Assembly: GCA_003577275.1 (NCBI GenBank)
Contig: QEVO01000007.1
Location: 68,840 to 132,839, forward strand
Length of the DNA: 64,000 nucleotides
From: Pseudomonadota bacterium
GTDB lineage: Bacteria > Pseudomonadota > Alphaproteobacteria > Sphingomonadales > Govanellaceae
Direction of reading: 5' to 3'
Shown here: one piece after another, positions 27,870 through 37,094 of the stretch
How the letters are laid out: the number at the start of each line of letters is the position of its first letter
Numbering within the stretch: the stretch's first letter is position 1
Translations under genes and position numbers: made by a program
Notes under the pieces: model-generated
The model's database searches: none
The model's input: only the letters and a program-made list of their open reading frames with translations
Told to the model about the DNA's origin: nothing

Positions 27870-28904
27870 ATGGCGGAACCAGCCAGACGAGACAATCGCC
27901 GCAAACGCAAGCTCACCATCGCCAAGGCCATCAGCGAAGCCATCGCCCAGGAGATGGAACGCGACAGCGGCGTTTTTGTCATGGGCGAGGATATCGCCAA
28001 GCTGGGCGGCGTGTTCGGCAATACCCAGGGACTCCTCGACAAGTTCGGACCGGAGCGAGTGCGCGACACGCCGATTTCCGAGACCGGCTTCATCAGCATG
28101 GCGGTGGGCGCGGCGGCGGTGGGGATGCGCCCCCTGGTGGAGCTGATGTTCGTCGACTTCTTCGGGGTGTGCATGGACGCCATCTATAACCTGGCGGCCA
28201 AGCAGGCCTATTTCTCCGGCGGTCATGTCAAATGCCCGATGGTGCTGATGACCTCGGTGGGCGGCGGCTATTCCGACGCCGGGCAGCACAGTCAATGCCT
28301 TTACGGCACCTTTGCCCATCTGCCGGGCATGAAGGTGGTGATCCCTTCCAACGCCTATGACGCCAAGGGGTTGATGACCGCCGCCATTCGCGACGATAAC
28401 CCGGTCATTTTCATGATGCACAAGAATTTGCAGGGCATGGGCTGGCTGGGCACCGCGCCGGGGGCCATTGTGGACGTGCCCGAAGACGCTTACGAAGTTC
28501 CCCTTGGCAAGGCGGACATCGCCCGGCCGGGCAAGGATATAACCGTCGTCGGGCTCGGCGCTACGGTGCACCAAGCCTTGGATGCCGCCGAGACATTGGC
28601 CAAGGACGGCATCGAGGCGGAGGTCATTGACCTGCGCTCCCTGGTACCGCTGGATCGCGAGGCTGTTCTGAAATCCGTGCGCAAAACCGGCCGCCTCCTG
28701 GTGGTGGATGACGATTATCATAGCTTCGGCGTCTCCGGCGAAATCATCGCCACCGTGGCGGAAGCGGGCATTACCCTCAAATCACCGCCCAAGCGCCTCG
28801 CCTATCCCGATATCCCGATCCCCTTCGCCCGGCCCATGGAGCAGTTCGCCCTGCCCAACGCCGGCAAGGTCGCAACCCTCATCCGCCAGATGTTCCAGGA
28901 GTAG
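27870..28904 (+). CDS. 2-oxoacid/acetoin dehydrogenase E1 component, beta subunit (cassette A)
   Basis: 344 aa. LTIAKAISEAIAQEM, VFVMGEDIAKLGGVFG, RVRDTPISETGF and VPLDREAV form the transketolase-like pyrimidine and C-terminal domains. Confidence 0.9.
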   Translation: MAEPARRDNRRKRKLTIAKAISEAIAQEMERDSGVFVMGEDIAKLGGVFGNTQGLLDKFGPERVRDTPISETGFISMAVGAAAVGMRPLVELMFVDFFGVCMDAIYNLAAKQAYFSGGHVKCPMVLMTSVGGGYSDAGQHSQCLYGTFAHLPGMKVVIPSNAYDAKGLMTAAIRDDNPVIFMMHKNLQGMGWLGTAPGAIVDVPEDAYEVPLGKADIARPGKDITVVGLGATVHQALDAAETLAKDGIEAEVIDLRSLVPLDREAVLKSVRKTGRLLVVDDDYHSFGVSGEIIATVAEAGITLKSPPKRLAYPDIPIPFARPMEQFALPNAGKVATLIRQMFQE

Positions 28905-28906
28905 CC

Positions 28907-29137
28907 ATGACCGACGTTCGCATCGATGAGAGCTTTTGGGAGGGCGATGACCCGGCCGCGCTGACCACTTGGTACTACAGCGACGGCGCCTACGTGGAGG
29001 CCGGCAACGTCATCGCCGAGATCATGCTGCAAAAAACCCAGATGGAAATCGAGGCCCCCGTCTCTGGCACCCTCCATCATAAAACCCAGATCGAGCAGGC
29101 CGTGCGCAAGGGGGATGTCATCGCCGTCATCGATTAG
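28907..29137 (+). CDS. Stand-alone lipoyl/biotinyl-attachment domain protein (76 aa, cassette A)
   Basis: MTDVRIDESFWEG...VEAGNVIAEIMLQKTQMEIEAPVSGTL...GDVIAVID, a single hybrid-motif domain with the candidate modified Lys in MLQKTQ. It starts 2 nt after the E1 beta stop. Confidence 0.75.
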   Translation: MTDVRIDESFWEGDDPAALTTWYYSDGAYVEAGNVIAEIMLQKTQMEIEAPVSGTLHHKTQIEQAVRKGDVIAVID

Positions 29138-29309
29138 TCTTTGTCAACAATAGCTTAAGTTAGATACCAGACCTCCCCCCTCCCTACCCCACCACAATGT
29201 TTCGCCTTGCCCACCCGGTAAAAACAGGCGATCATGACGCCATGGGAGAGGTGCGGCGGATCGCCAACCGGCACGCCCTAGCAGCCCGCTATAAACTGAT
29301 GCCCGGATA

Positions 29310-31904
29310 ATGGATCATCGAGCCAATATTGCCGATGTTACTCCGACGCCTCGCGATCTTGCCCTTGAGCAGCGCTGGCGGCGGCTGTTTAACATTCAGG
29401 GCGAGCGCTCCCAGCAGAATAAAATTTGGATCTTAAAAGCCCCGGCAGGATACGGCAAGACCACTATCCTACGAGAGATGGCGAACAATGCCAGCGCCAA
29501 CGGCGGTCGCGCCATCTGGCAGAATGGCGACAGCATCGATATTCTGTCATGGTTCAGCCTGCAGCAAGGCGGTGATTTCGGCGGGCAGCGCGGGCCTAAA
29601 TACCTGTTGATCGATGATCTGGCCATCCGTTCGCAAAACGAAGCGGAACGGCTGGTGGAAATGCTCCGTGGCGCCCTTTCCAGCGTTGATCAGGTATTCA
29701 TTACCGCCCGCAAGAATACTGACATTGAATATATATCCTACCGGCTTTTCGATCGTATTGAAATTCTCGACCAGGAAAGTTTGTCGCTTGATGAAGAGAG
29801 CGTAACGCTGCTTTTCGGCGATTACCTGTCATATACCGAGGCGCGGCAAATCGTGGAATTGACAGATGGCTGGCCATTGGCCGTCCACCTTCTGCTCGCC
29901 TGCACCAGAAGCCTGAAAGAACCGCCGCTATCGACAGCAGTCATCGAGCTTCTTCATGAACGGCTGGCGCCCATTTTCGAAAGCGAGTTTTTCTCACCCT
30001 TGGCGCCCGCGGATGCGGATTTCCTCAAACGCGCCGGCCTTTTTGAGCAGGCCGACGGGGAAGTCATCAATGAAGTACTGGCGATACCGGACGCTTGGCC
30101 GCGCCTTGATCGGCTATACCGAGAAGGAGCGCTGATGCGCAAAATCAACGGCGGTCGCGGTTATACCTGCAACCATTTGCTGCGCCACCATATTCTGCGC
30201 CATCATATTCTGCGCCATCATGCCTCGGCACTCATCGATAACCTTAGCAATTTCCATCTCATAGCGGCGAACGCCTTCAATTCCCGCGGCAAGATCTGGC
30301 AGGCCCTGGCGCATGCCGAGCGCACCGGCAAATGGCAGATCATTGCCGATATCATCGAACGGTATGGCGGCCTGCGCCTCGCTCTCGCCTCGCCTTTCGT
30401 CATCAGCAGATATTTGGATGTCATCCCCATTGAGGCCTATCGCAACTATCCCTTGATCGCGCTTGGCCAGATCTACGTCTTGATACAGCAGGGAAAGCTC
30501 GGTTACGCCTACGATCTGTTCCGGCAGTTGCAGGATAGCGGCGTTATTGACGACAATGGCATGGCATGGGTGCAAAGCCAATTGGTGCTTGAAATTCTTC
30601 GCATGTATCACGATCAGCCGATGCCGCCGGAAGAGATTGATGCCTTAGAAGCCAATATCATCAAGCGCGTCGCAATGGACCGCTTAACGCAGGCGATGAT
30701 CTATCTTTTGAAGGCTTTTTCCTATTTCCGTAGCGGAGCGGTGCATCAGGCGCTGCTTTATGCCGAGCGGCTGCGTGAGATAAATAATGATCTTAATGCT
30801 GAGCTGTTGCGTAATTATACGAATTTTCTCCTTGGATTGTGCCTTCTGAAAAGCGGCCATTTACGGCAGGCGGAATTAATTTTCGAGACCACGGTTGCAT
30901 CATCGCAAAGAAGCTTCGGCCAACATAACATTCAAGCGTTACTGGCGCTTGCTTTGCTGGCCCGAACCCGGGTCGATCGCCTGGCGACCATGGAGACAAA
31001 AGGCTTGGTCGAGCTTTTCATGGAGCCTATCGAACAAACCATACGCTGGTACGACGGCTGCGAAGCGGCCTTTTCAGCCGCCTCCTTCGTATGGTTCGAG
31101 CTGGAGGGCGCGGAGGCCGCTGCAGCCAGGCTTGACGCCATGGCGGAACGCTACCGCTCCCGCCAACTGACAGCCCTGGAAAGAGTGGTGACTGTTCTGA
31201 AAATCCGCGCTCTCATTCGCGGCGGTCTGTTTGATAAGGCGCGCACAGCTTTGGCTGAAGCAGCCATCATCAGTCTAATGGCTGAGGGCGCACGCAAGGA
31301 CCGCTGGTCGCGCCCGAGCTATTTCAAGGCCATGCTCTGCGTCATTCAGCTCGATGTTCTGCAGCATCGGGGCACGGTTGATTCCTTGACCGTGCAGAAC
31401 CTGTTCCAGGATATCAAGCAGAGCGGTGACGAGCCCTTGCATATGCGCGTGCTAATCACGCAGACGCTGATGGCAGCCGCCCAACATAATGACCAACAAG
31501 GACTTGAATTCTTGCGGGATGCGCTTCGGCTCGCCATCGCAACCGGAATCAAGCGACCGCTTTATGAGTCGTGGGCTTATCTCTCGACTATGGCGGATAG
31601 CATGCTGCAACGACGTATGTTGGGCAGCGCTGAGCAGGAGCTGGTCAGCGAACTGGCCCGTCTCTCGGCGGTTGGCACCGTCCACTCGCCGGAAGCGCCG
31701 AATTTGAGCCCCCGCGAGCGCGAGGTGCTGACCATGCTAGCCTACGGCCTGTCGAGCAAGGAAATGGCCAACCGGCTGCGCGTCTCCATCGGCACCGTGA
31801 AGGGATACCGCCGCAAGCTTTACGAAAAACTTGGCGTCACCAGCCGCTCGCAGGCGGTGAAGTCGGCGCGAGATCTAGGGCTTGCCCTGCCGACGCTGCA
31901 ATAA
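29310..31904 (+). CDS. LAL/MalT-type large ATP-binding LuxR-family transcriptional regulator (second copy)
   Basis: 864 aa. Walker A (ILKAPAGYGKTTIL) and C-terminal LuxR HTH (LSPREREVLTMLAYGLSSKEMANRLRVSIGTVKGYRRKLYEKLGVTSRSQAV). Confidence 0.9.
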   Translation: MDHRANIADVTPTPRDLALEQRWRRLFNIQGERSQQNKIWILKAPAGYGKTTILREMANNASANGGRAIWQNGDSIDILSWFSLQQGGDFGGQRGPKYLLIDDLAIRSQNEAERLVEMLRGALSSVDQVFITARKNTDIEYISYRLFDRIEILDQESLSLDEESVTLLFGDYLSYTEARQIVELTDGWPLAVHLLLACTRSLKEPPLSTAVIELLHERLAPIFESEFFSPLAPADADFLKRAGLFEQADGEVINEVLAIPDAWPRLDRLYREGALMRKINGGRGYTCNHLLRHHILRHHILRHHASALIDNLSNFHLIAANAFNSRGKIWQALAHAERTGKWQIIADIIERYGGLRLALASPFVISRYLDVIPIEAYRNYPLIALGQIYVLIQQGKLGYAYDLFRQLQDSGVIDDNGMAWVQSQLVLEILRMYHDQPMPPEEIDALEANIIKRVAMDRLTQAMIYLLKAFSYFRSGAVHQALLYAERLREINNDLNAELLRNYTNFLLGLCLLKSGHLRQAELIFETTVASSQRSFGQHNIQALLALALLARTRVDRLATMETKGLVELFMEPIEQTIRWYDGCEAAFSAASFVWFELEGAEAAAARLDAMAERYRSRQLTALERVVTVLKIRALIRGGLFDKARTALAEAAIISLMAEGARKDRWSRPSYFKAMLCVIQLDVLQHRGTVDSLTVQNLFQDIKQSGDEPLHMRVLITQTLMAAAQHNDQQGLEFLRDALRLAIATGIKRPLYESWAYLSTMADSMLQRRMLGSAEQELVSELARLSAVGTVHSPEAPNLSPREREVLTMLAYGLSSKEMANRLRVSIGTVKGYRRKLYEKLGVTSRSQAVKSARDLGLALPTLQ
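30180..30224 (+). repeat. In-frame 15-bp tandem repeat x3 inside the LAL regulator gene
   Basis: CTGCGCCACCATATT / CTGCGCCATCATATT / CTGCGCCATCATGCC, encoding LRHHI-LRHHI-LRHHA. Confidence 0.9.
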
Positions 31905-31905
31905 T

Positions 31906-32574
31906 TCACCGCTCTTCGATAGCCCTCGCCAGATCGGTGAGAAAGGCGGCGGCTGGCGCACCATCGATGGCGCGATGATCGATGGACAGCGACAAGGCGA
32001 TCATCGGCGTCACCCCAAGCGCGCCGTCGGCGCGAGCCACTGGCCTGTTGACGATGCGGCCCAGGCCTAGGATGGCAAGCTGGGGGATGTTGATGAGCGG
32101 CGTGAAGTGATCAATGCGGTAATGGCCAAGATTACTCACCGTGAAGCTGGCGCCGGTCATCTCGGCAACGGTAAGCTTGTTGGTTTTGGCGCGCGCCACC
32201 AGATCGCGGCGAGCCTCGCTTAAGCCTTCAACAGATAAAGCTTGCGCGCCCATGATCGCCGGCGCAACAAGGCCGTTCGCCAAGGCGACGGCGATACCCA
32301 AATCAATGGCCGGCCGCAGCGTGATCACCTGCTCGCTGAGCGTGCCGTTAAGCGCCGGGTGGCGGGTCAAAGTCTGCACCACGCACATCAGCAACAGGTC
32401 TTCCAGGGATGCCGCCCCGCCTTCCGCCTTGATCGCCGCGCGCCGGGCGACCAGCGCATCGGCATCGGCCTCGCTGTATAGCGTCGCCCGCGCCGTAGTG
32501 CTCACGCTTTCAGCCATCCGCGCCGCAATCATGCCGCGCAGACCCTTTAAGGGAATGCGAGTTGGTTCCGACAT
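31906..32574 (-). CDS. 2-oxoacid dehydrogenase acyltransferase (E2) catalytic domain only (cassette B)
   Basis: 222 aa. Catalytic motif SLSIDHRAIDGAPAAAFL (DHRxxDG) plus GASFTVSNLG. There is no lipoyl domain or peripheral subunit-binding domain. It abuts the upstream lipoyl-protein gene. Confidence 0.85.
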   Translation of the reverse strand: MSEPTRIPLKGLRGMIAARMAESVSTTARATLYSEADADALVARRAAIKAEGGAASLEDLLLMCVVQTLTRHPALNGTLSEQVITLRPAIDLGIAVALANGLVAPAIMGAQALSVEGLSEARRDLVARAKTNKLTVAEMTGASFTVSNLGHYRIDHFTPLINIPQLAILGLGRIVNRPVARADGALGVTPMIALSLSIDHRAIDGAPAAAFLTDLARAIEER

Positions 32575-32804
32575 TACGCGATGGCGCCGATGACCTCGCC
32601 AGGCAGCACCGTGGATTCGGCGGGCTTGGCAATCTTCAACCGGCCGGCGGCGGGAGCATTAATTTCAATCTGCACCTTTTCGATCATCACCTCCGCCACC
32701 AGCGCATCCTGGTTCACGGTATCACCGTCCTCATAAAGCCAAGTGACGATAACGCCTTCTTTATCGGCCTCCCAGAGGCCCTCTGGTATGCGAATATCGG
32801 TCAT
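32574..32804 (-). CDS. Stand-alone lipoyl/biotinyl-attachment domain protein (76 aa, cassette B)
   Basis: MTDIRIPEGLWEA...ALVAEVMIEKVQIEINAPAAGRL...GEVIGAIA. It has the same length and layout as the 28907..29137 product. Confidence 0.75.
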   Translation of the reverse strand: MTDIRIPEGLWEADKEGVIVTWLYEDGDTVNQDALVAEVMIEKVQIEINAPAAGRLKIAKPAESTVLPGEVIGAIA

Positions 32805-32819
32805 AGCTAAACTTACTCC

Positions 32820-33869
32820 TTACATCATGGCGCGCGCAGCGGCGACGATCTTCCGGACATTAGGCAGACAGTGCTGCTCCATGGGTCGCGCAAAGGGGAT
32901 CGGGATATCAGGAAACGCGATACGCTTGGGCGGGCATTTAAGCGACTTGATGTCCCGCTCGGTCACCGTGGCAATAATCTCGGCGGTGACGCCGTAGCTC
33001 AAGTAATCGTCATCCACCACGATCAACCGGCCGGTTTTTTGCACCGAACGGCAGACCGTGTCGCGATCCAACGGCGCCAGCGATCGAAGGTCAACCACTT
33101 CGGCGCTTACGCCTTCTTTCTCCAGGGTCTTGGCGGCCTCAAGGCCTTGATGCACGGTCATGCCAAGGCCGACAATGGTCACGTCCGTCCCGTCTCGCAC
33201 CACGTTGGCCTTGCCGAGAGGCACGGTGTAGCTGTCTTCCGGCACATCGACGATGGCGCCCTGGATGGTGCCGAGAAAACCCATGCCCTGCAGGTTCTTG
33301 TGCATCATGAACACCACCGGATTGTCGTCGCGGATGGCCGATGTCATCATGCCCTTGGCGTCATAGGCATTGGACGGCATCACCACCTTCATGCCCGGCA
33401 AATGGGCAAAGGTGGCGTACAAACATTGCGAATGCTGGGTGGAATCGCAATAGCCGCCGCCCACCGCCGTGGTCAGCACCATGGGCGCCTTGAAAGTGCC
33501 GGCGGAATGGTAGCTCGATTTGGCAGCCAGGTTATAGATCGCATCCATGCAGACGCCGTAAAAGTCGACAAACATCAGCTCGACAATGGGCCGCATGCCT
33601 AGATTGGCTGCGCCCACCGCCGCGCCGATGAAGGCGGTTTCCGAAATCGGCGTATCGCGCACCCGTTCTTCGCCGAATTCCGCCAACAGCCCGCCGGTAT
33701 ATCCCCACACCGCGCCCAGAATGCCAATATCTTCTCCCATGAGGAAAACGTTTTTATCGCGACGCATTTCCTGGGCGATGGCCTCGTTTAAGGCCTTGGC
33801 GATGGTCAGTTTGCGTTCATTGCGATTCTTCTGCGCCGGCTTGACGGCGGTTGCTTCCACAACGCTCAT
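32820..33869 (-). CDS. 2-oxoacid/acetoin dehydrogenase E1 beta subunit (cassette B)
   Basis: 349 aa. LTIAKALNEAIAQEM, VFLMGEDIGILGAVWG and RVRDTPISETAF. It is collinear with the 27870..28904 product. Confidence 0.9.
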   Translation of the reverse strand: MSVVEATAVKPAQKNRNERKLTIAKALNEAIAQEMRRDKNVFLMGEDIGILGAVWGYTGGLLAEFGEERVRDTPISETAFIGAAVGAANLGMRPIVELMFVDFYGVCMDAIYNLAAKSSYHSAGTFKAPMVLTTAVGGGYCDSTQHSQCLYATFAHLPGMKVVMPSNAYDAKGMMTSAIRDDNPVVFMMHKNLQGMGFLGTIQGAIVDVPEDSYTVPLGKANVVRDGTDVTIVGLGMTVHQGLEAAKTLEKEGVSAEVVDLRSLAPLDRDTVCRSVQKTGRLIVVDDDYLSYGVTAEIIATVTERDIKSLKCPPKRIAFPDIPIPFARPMEQHCLPNVRKIVAAARAMM

Positions 33870-33881
33870 GATGGCTGTTCC

Positions 33882-34868
33882 TTACACAAAGACTTTATCA
33901 AAGGCGTCTTCCGGCGCCGGTTCCGCCGCCGCGCGGGCGAAGGCAAATGCCTCATCCACTTCGGCATGAGCCCGCGCCACAATGGCGTCGGCTTCGATTT
34001 CCGTCATCACGCCAGCGGCGATCAATTTCCGACGATAGCGCGGAATGGGGTCCATCTCCGGCTTGGCGGCGATCTCCGCCTTGGGGCGGTAAACTTCGGG
34101 ATCGCCCATGAAATGGCCCTGCAATCGCACGGTTTGCAGCTCCAACAGGCTTGGCCCCTCGCCGGCGCGCGCCCGCGCCACCGCCCGGCCAACCGCGGCG
34201 AAAATATCATCAGGATCGTTGCTGATGACGCGCTCGCCCGGCATGCCGTAGGCGGCGGCGCGATCGGCGTTGGAGGCAATCGCCGTCGACTTCGATTTGG
34301 GAACCGAGACCGCCCACTGATTGTCCTCGATGACGCAAATGAACGGCAGTTTCCAGACCGCCGCCAAGTTCATCGCTTCATGGAAGCCGCCTTGGTTGGC
34401 GCCGCCCTCGCCGATACAGGCAATAGCTATGCCTGCCTCCCCTCTCATTTTCCTGGCAAGTGCGGCGCCAACCGCCGGCCCCATGTTCTGTCCGATAATG
34501 CCGCTTGACCAGAACAGCACCTCATAATCAAAAATATGAATGTGCCCGGCCCGGCCCTCGGACAGCCCCGCTTTGCGGCCCAGTATTTCCGCCGTCATTC
34601 GTTTCAAATCAACGCCCTTGGCCAACGCCTGAGCATGCGAGCGATGGTGACAAGCAAAATAATCATCCTTGGTTAGATGCGCGCCCAAACCCACCGCGCA
34701 TGGTTCCTGGCCATCCGACAAGTGCATCTCGCCGGGCAGCGGACCGTTCGCCATATTAAAGAGCGGCGATTTTCCTTCCATATAGGTCGCCGATAGCCGC
34801 GCTTCGTTGTAGCGGTTTTTGACCATCATCTCGTACATCCATAAGCGTTGTTTAGGTGTCGGTTGCAT
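33882..34868 (-). CDS. 2-oxoacid/acetoin dehydrogenase E1 alpha subunit (cassette B)
   Basis: 328 aa. GEMHLSDGQEPCAVG and IGEGGANQGGFHEAMNLAAVWKLPFICVIEDNQWA. It is collinear with the 26863..27858 product. Confidence 0.9.
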   Translation of the reverse strand: MQPTPKQRLWMYEMMVKNRYNEARLSATYMEGKSPLFNMANGPLPGEMHLSDGQEPCAVGLGAHLTKDDYFACHHRSHAQALAKGVDLKRMTAEILGRKAGLSEGRAGHIHIFDYEVLFWSSGIIGQNMGPAVGAALARKMRGEAGIAIACIGEGGANQGGFHEAMNLAAVWKLPFICVIEDNQWAVSVPKSKSTAIASNADRAAAYGMPGERVISNDPDDIFAAVGRAVARARAGEGPSLLELQTVRLQGHFMGDPEVYRPKAEIAAKPEMDPIPRYRRKLIAAGVMTEIEADAIVARAHAEVDEAFAFARAAAEPAPEDAFDKVFV

Positions 34869-34893
34869 ATTTTTTCTTCCTTCCCTCTACCCT

Positions 34894-36186
34894 TCAGCGA
34901 TAAACCACATGACTCAAGGCGGGCAGCGCCAGCCGATTGATCAGCAGCGACATCATGCCCGCAAAAGGCACCGATTTGAGCGCCATCGGCGGCACGCGAA
35001 GCCGGGCGCGATCGCCGGTGGCCATCCAATCGGCCATCTCCGTTCCCACCATAGACGCCTGGGCAATGCCGTTTCCTGAATAGCCATAAGCGGCAAAAAG
35101 CCCGGGCGACAACTCTTCGGTCTTGACCAAGGCATCCGACGGCACGCAGATATGGCCATGCCATAGGGATTGCCATCCGACCCTTTCCGGCGCATCAGGA
35201 AAGGCATTACGGAACATCCGCCAAAAGGGGCGCGCCGCGGCCGCCGGCGTAATGCCGTCTCTGAACGCCGGCAGCACCGAGGTCACCAGCCTGCCGTCGC
35301 CGTCAAAGCCGACGCCAAAGGCATCACGGGAGTCTACATCCGCCACCGCCACCCCTTGCGGTAAATAGCGCCGGCCCTGATCCGCAAACGGCTCAGAGGC
35401 GATCATGGCGATTTTGATGTGCAGGAATTTGCTCTGCATCTTGCCGAAAATCGGTGAGAAAGCGTTAGTCGCCAACAACACCTGTTGGGCCTTCACTGTT
35501 CCCATCGGCGCTGTCACGCGCCAGCCATTGCCCGCGGGCGAAAGACCGATAACCGGGCTTTGACCGTGAATGCGCACGCCAGCCCGCACCGCCGCGGCGG
35601 CCAACCCACGGCAGTAATCCAACGGCTGCAGTTGCCCGCCATCGCGGTAGATGATGCCGCCGATATAGCGATCGGTGGCGATATAGCCGCGCATGGCGGC
35701 GGCATCGATGTCATCCACCGGCGCGCCCCATTGCCGCCACGTCGCAGCCGAATTTTGAAGCTTTTTCAGCGTCTCCGGCGTGCGCGCCGCGCACACGACA
35801 CCCACTTGCCGGATGTCGCATTCGATAGCGTGGGTTGTGACAAGCTGGCTGACCAAACGGCCGGCGTCGATCATCATTTGACAGAAACGCCCACCATCCG
35901 CCTCGCCGAAACGCTCTAATGCTTTCTCCGGCGTCATCAGCGTCCAGAACGGCACCCACCAGCCGGTATTGCGGCCGGAAGCGCCGAAACCCGGCTCTTG
36001 CGCTTCAAGCACGATGACGTCACGGCCATGTGAGGCGAACCGCAAGGCTGCCGCCAGGCCGGTGTAGCCAGCGCCAATAATTGCCACATCCGCCGTGGCG
36101 TCAGCGCCAAGCGGCGGGTAGGTTGGAGCCGGGCGCGCCGTCCGCCGCCATAAGTTATCGTGCCAAGGCTCCATCGATTCCGCCAC
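34894..36186 (-). CDS. FAD-dependent oxidoreductase (DAO / amine-oxidase-like family)
   Basis: 430 aa. The N-terminal dinucleotide fold DVAIIGAGYTGLAAALRFASHGRDVIVLE followed by GASGRNTG is typical of the DAO family (PuuB/OrdL-like). Confidence 0.85.
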   Translation of the reverse strand: MAESMEPWHDNLWRRTARPAPTYPPLGADATADVAIIGAGYTGLAAALRFASHGRDVIVLEAQEPGFGASGRNTGWWVPFWTLMTPEKALERFGEADGGRFCQMMIDAGRLVSQLVTTHAIECDIRQVGVVCAARTPETLKKLQNSAATWRQWGAPVDDIDAAAMRGYIATDRYIGGIIYRDGGQLQPLDYCRGLAAAAVRAGVRIHGQSPVIGLSPAGNGWRVTAPMGTVKAQQVLLATNAFSPIFGKMQSKFLHIKIAMIASEPFADQGRRYLPQGVAVADVDSRDAFGVGFDGDGRLVTSVLPAFRDGITPAAAARPFWRMFRNAFPDAPERVGWQSLWHGHICVPSDALVKTEELSPGLFAAYGYSGNGIAQASMVGTEMADWMATGDRARLRVPPMALKSVPFAGMMSLLINRLALPALSHVVYR

Positions 36187-36218
36187 TTCTGCTCCGTATC
36201 ACGATTTGCCGATAAAAC

Positions 36219-36659
36219 TCAGGCGGCGCAGCCGAGGATCTCGGCAACGGCATCGGCGATGCTTTGCTCGGCGGCAGTGTAGAACGTCTGGAATTCGGCG
36301 GCCGTCATGCCGATGGGAACCAGCCGGCTGGAAAAGCATAAGGTCGAGGCGCGAGGTCCCGCCGGCGTTACGCATAGCTGGCCGGTGTAATCGCCGAGCG
36401 GTAAATCGCCGCAGTCGAGTACGCCATAGCGGTACCGCCGCGCCCCTTCGTCATAGCTGAGCAACACCTCGGTGAACGGCGATCCACCGGCAGTTGGCGT
36501 CATGGTGCGCGTGGCACCAATTATCGGCTCGCGGGTCGAAAAAGTTACGGCATTGAAGAAGACCTTCCCAGAAAGTCTCTCAATGCCAGCCCAGTTGACC
36601 AATGACCAAACGTCTGATGCCTTGGCGTTGATGCGAAAACCGGCATGCACTTCGATCAT
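36219..36659 (-). CDS. SRPBCC (START/Bet v1/polyketide cyclase-like) family protein
   Basis: 146 aa. The start MIEVHAGFRINAKASDVWSLVNWAGIERL resembles the Polyketide_cyc2 N-terminus. The call is tentative. Confidence 0.5.
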   Translation of the reverse strand: MIEVHAGFRINAKASDVWSLVNWAGIERLSGKVFFNAVTFSTREPIIGATRTMTPTAGGSPFTEVLLSYDEGARRYRYGVLDCGDLPLGDYTGQLCVTPAGPRASTLCFSSRLVPIGMTAAEFQTFYTAAEQSIADAVAEILGCAA

Positions 36660-36666
36660 CGCGCCC

Positions 36667-37080
36667 TCACCCGCGCACCGGCGGCAGTTCCGCCGTGATT
36701 TCCACCTCCAGCATGAAATCCTCGTTGAACAGGCGGGAAACCTGCACCCAGGTCGCCGCTGGCGGCGCCACCTGATCGTCCTTGAAAAACTTCAGCCGTT
36801 CATCCGCAGCTTCCACTACCGCCGACAGGTTGGTGGTATAAACGGTTTCACGCACCACATGGGCATAGGTCAGCCCGTAATCGCGCAAGATATTCTCAAT
36901 TTCCTTGTAGATGGTGCGAATCTGGGTGCGGGCATCACCCTTGCCGATGCAATTCGCGTTCTCATCGCAGCTGCAAATGCCGGACAGCATTAGAAAAGGT
37001 CCGGATACCACGGCCTGGGAAAACCCCACCGCTTTCTCCAGGGCCGGTCTGTAATGACGAATTTGTTTCGTGACAGCCAT
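36667..37080 (-). CDS. RidA/YjgF-family enamine/imine deaminase (cassette B)
   Basis: 137 aa. FSQAVVSGPFLMLSG, ETVYTTNLS and LEVEITAEL. Confidence 0.8.
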   Translation of the reverse strand: MAVTKQIRHYRPALEKAVGFSQAVVSGPFLMLSGICSCDENANCIGKGDARTQIRTIYKEIENILRDYGLTYAHVVRETVYTTNLSAVVEAADERLKFFKDDQVAPPAATWVQVSRLFNEDFMLEVEITAELPPVRG

Positions 37081-37094
37081 CGTACGTCCTCCTA

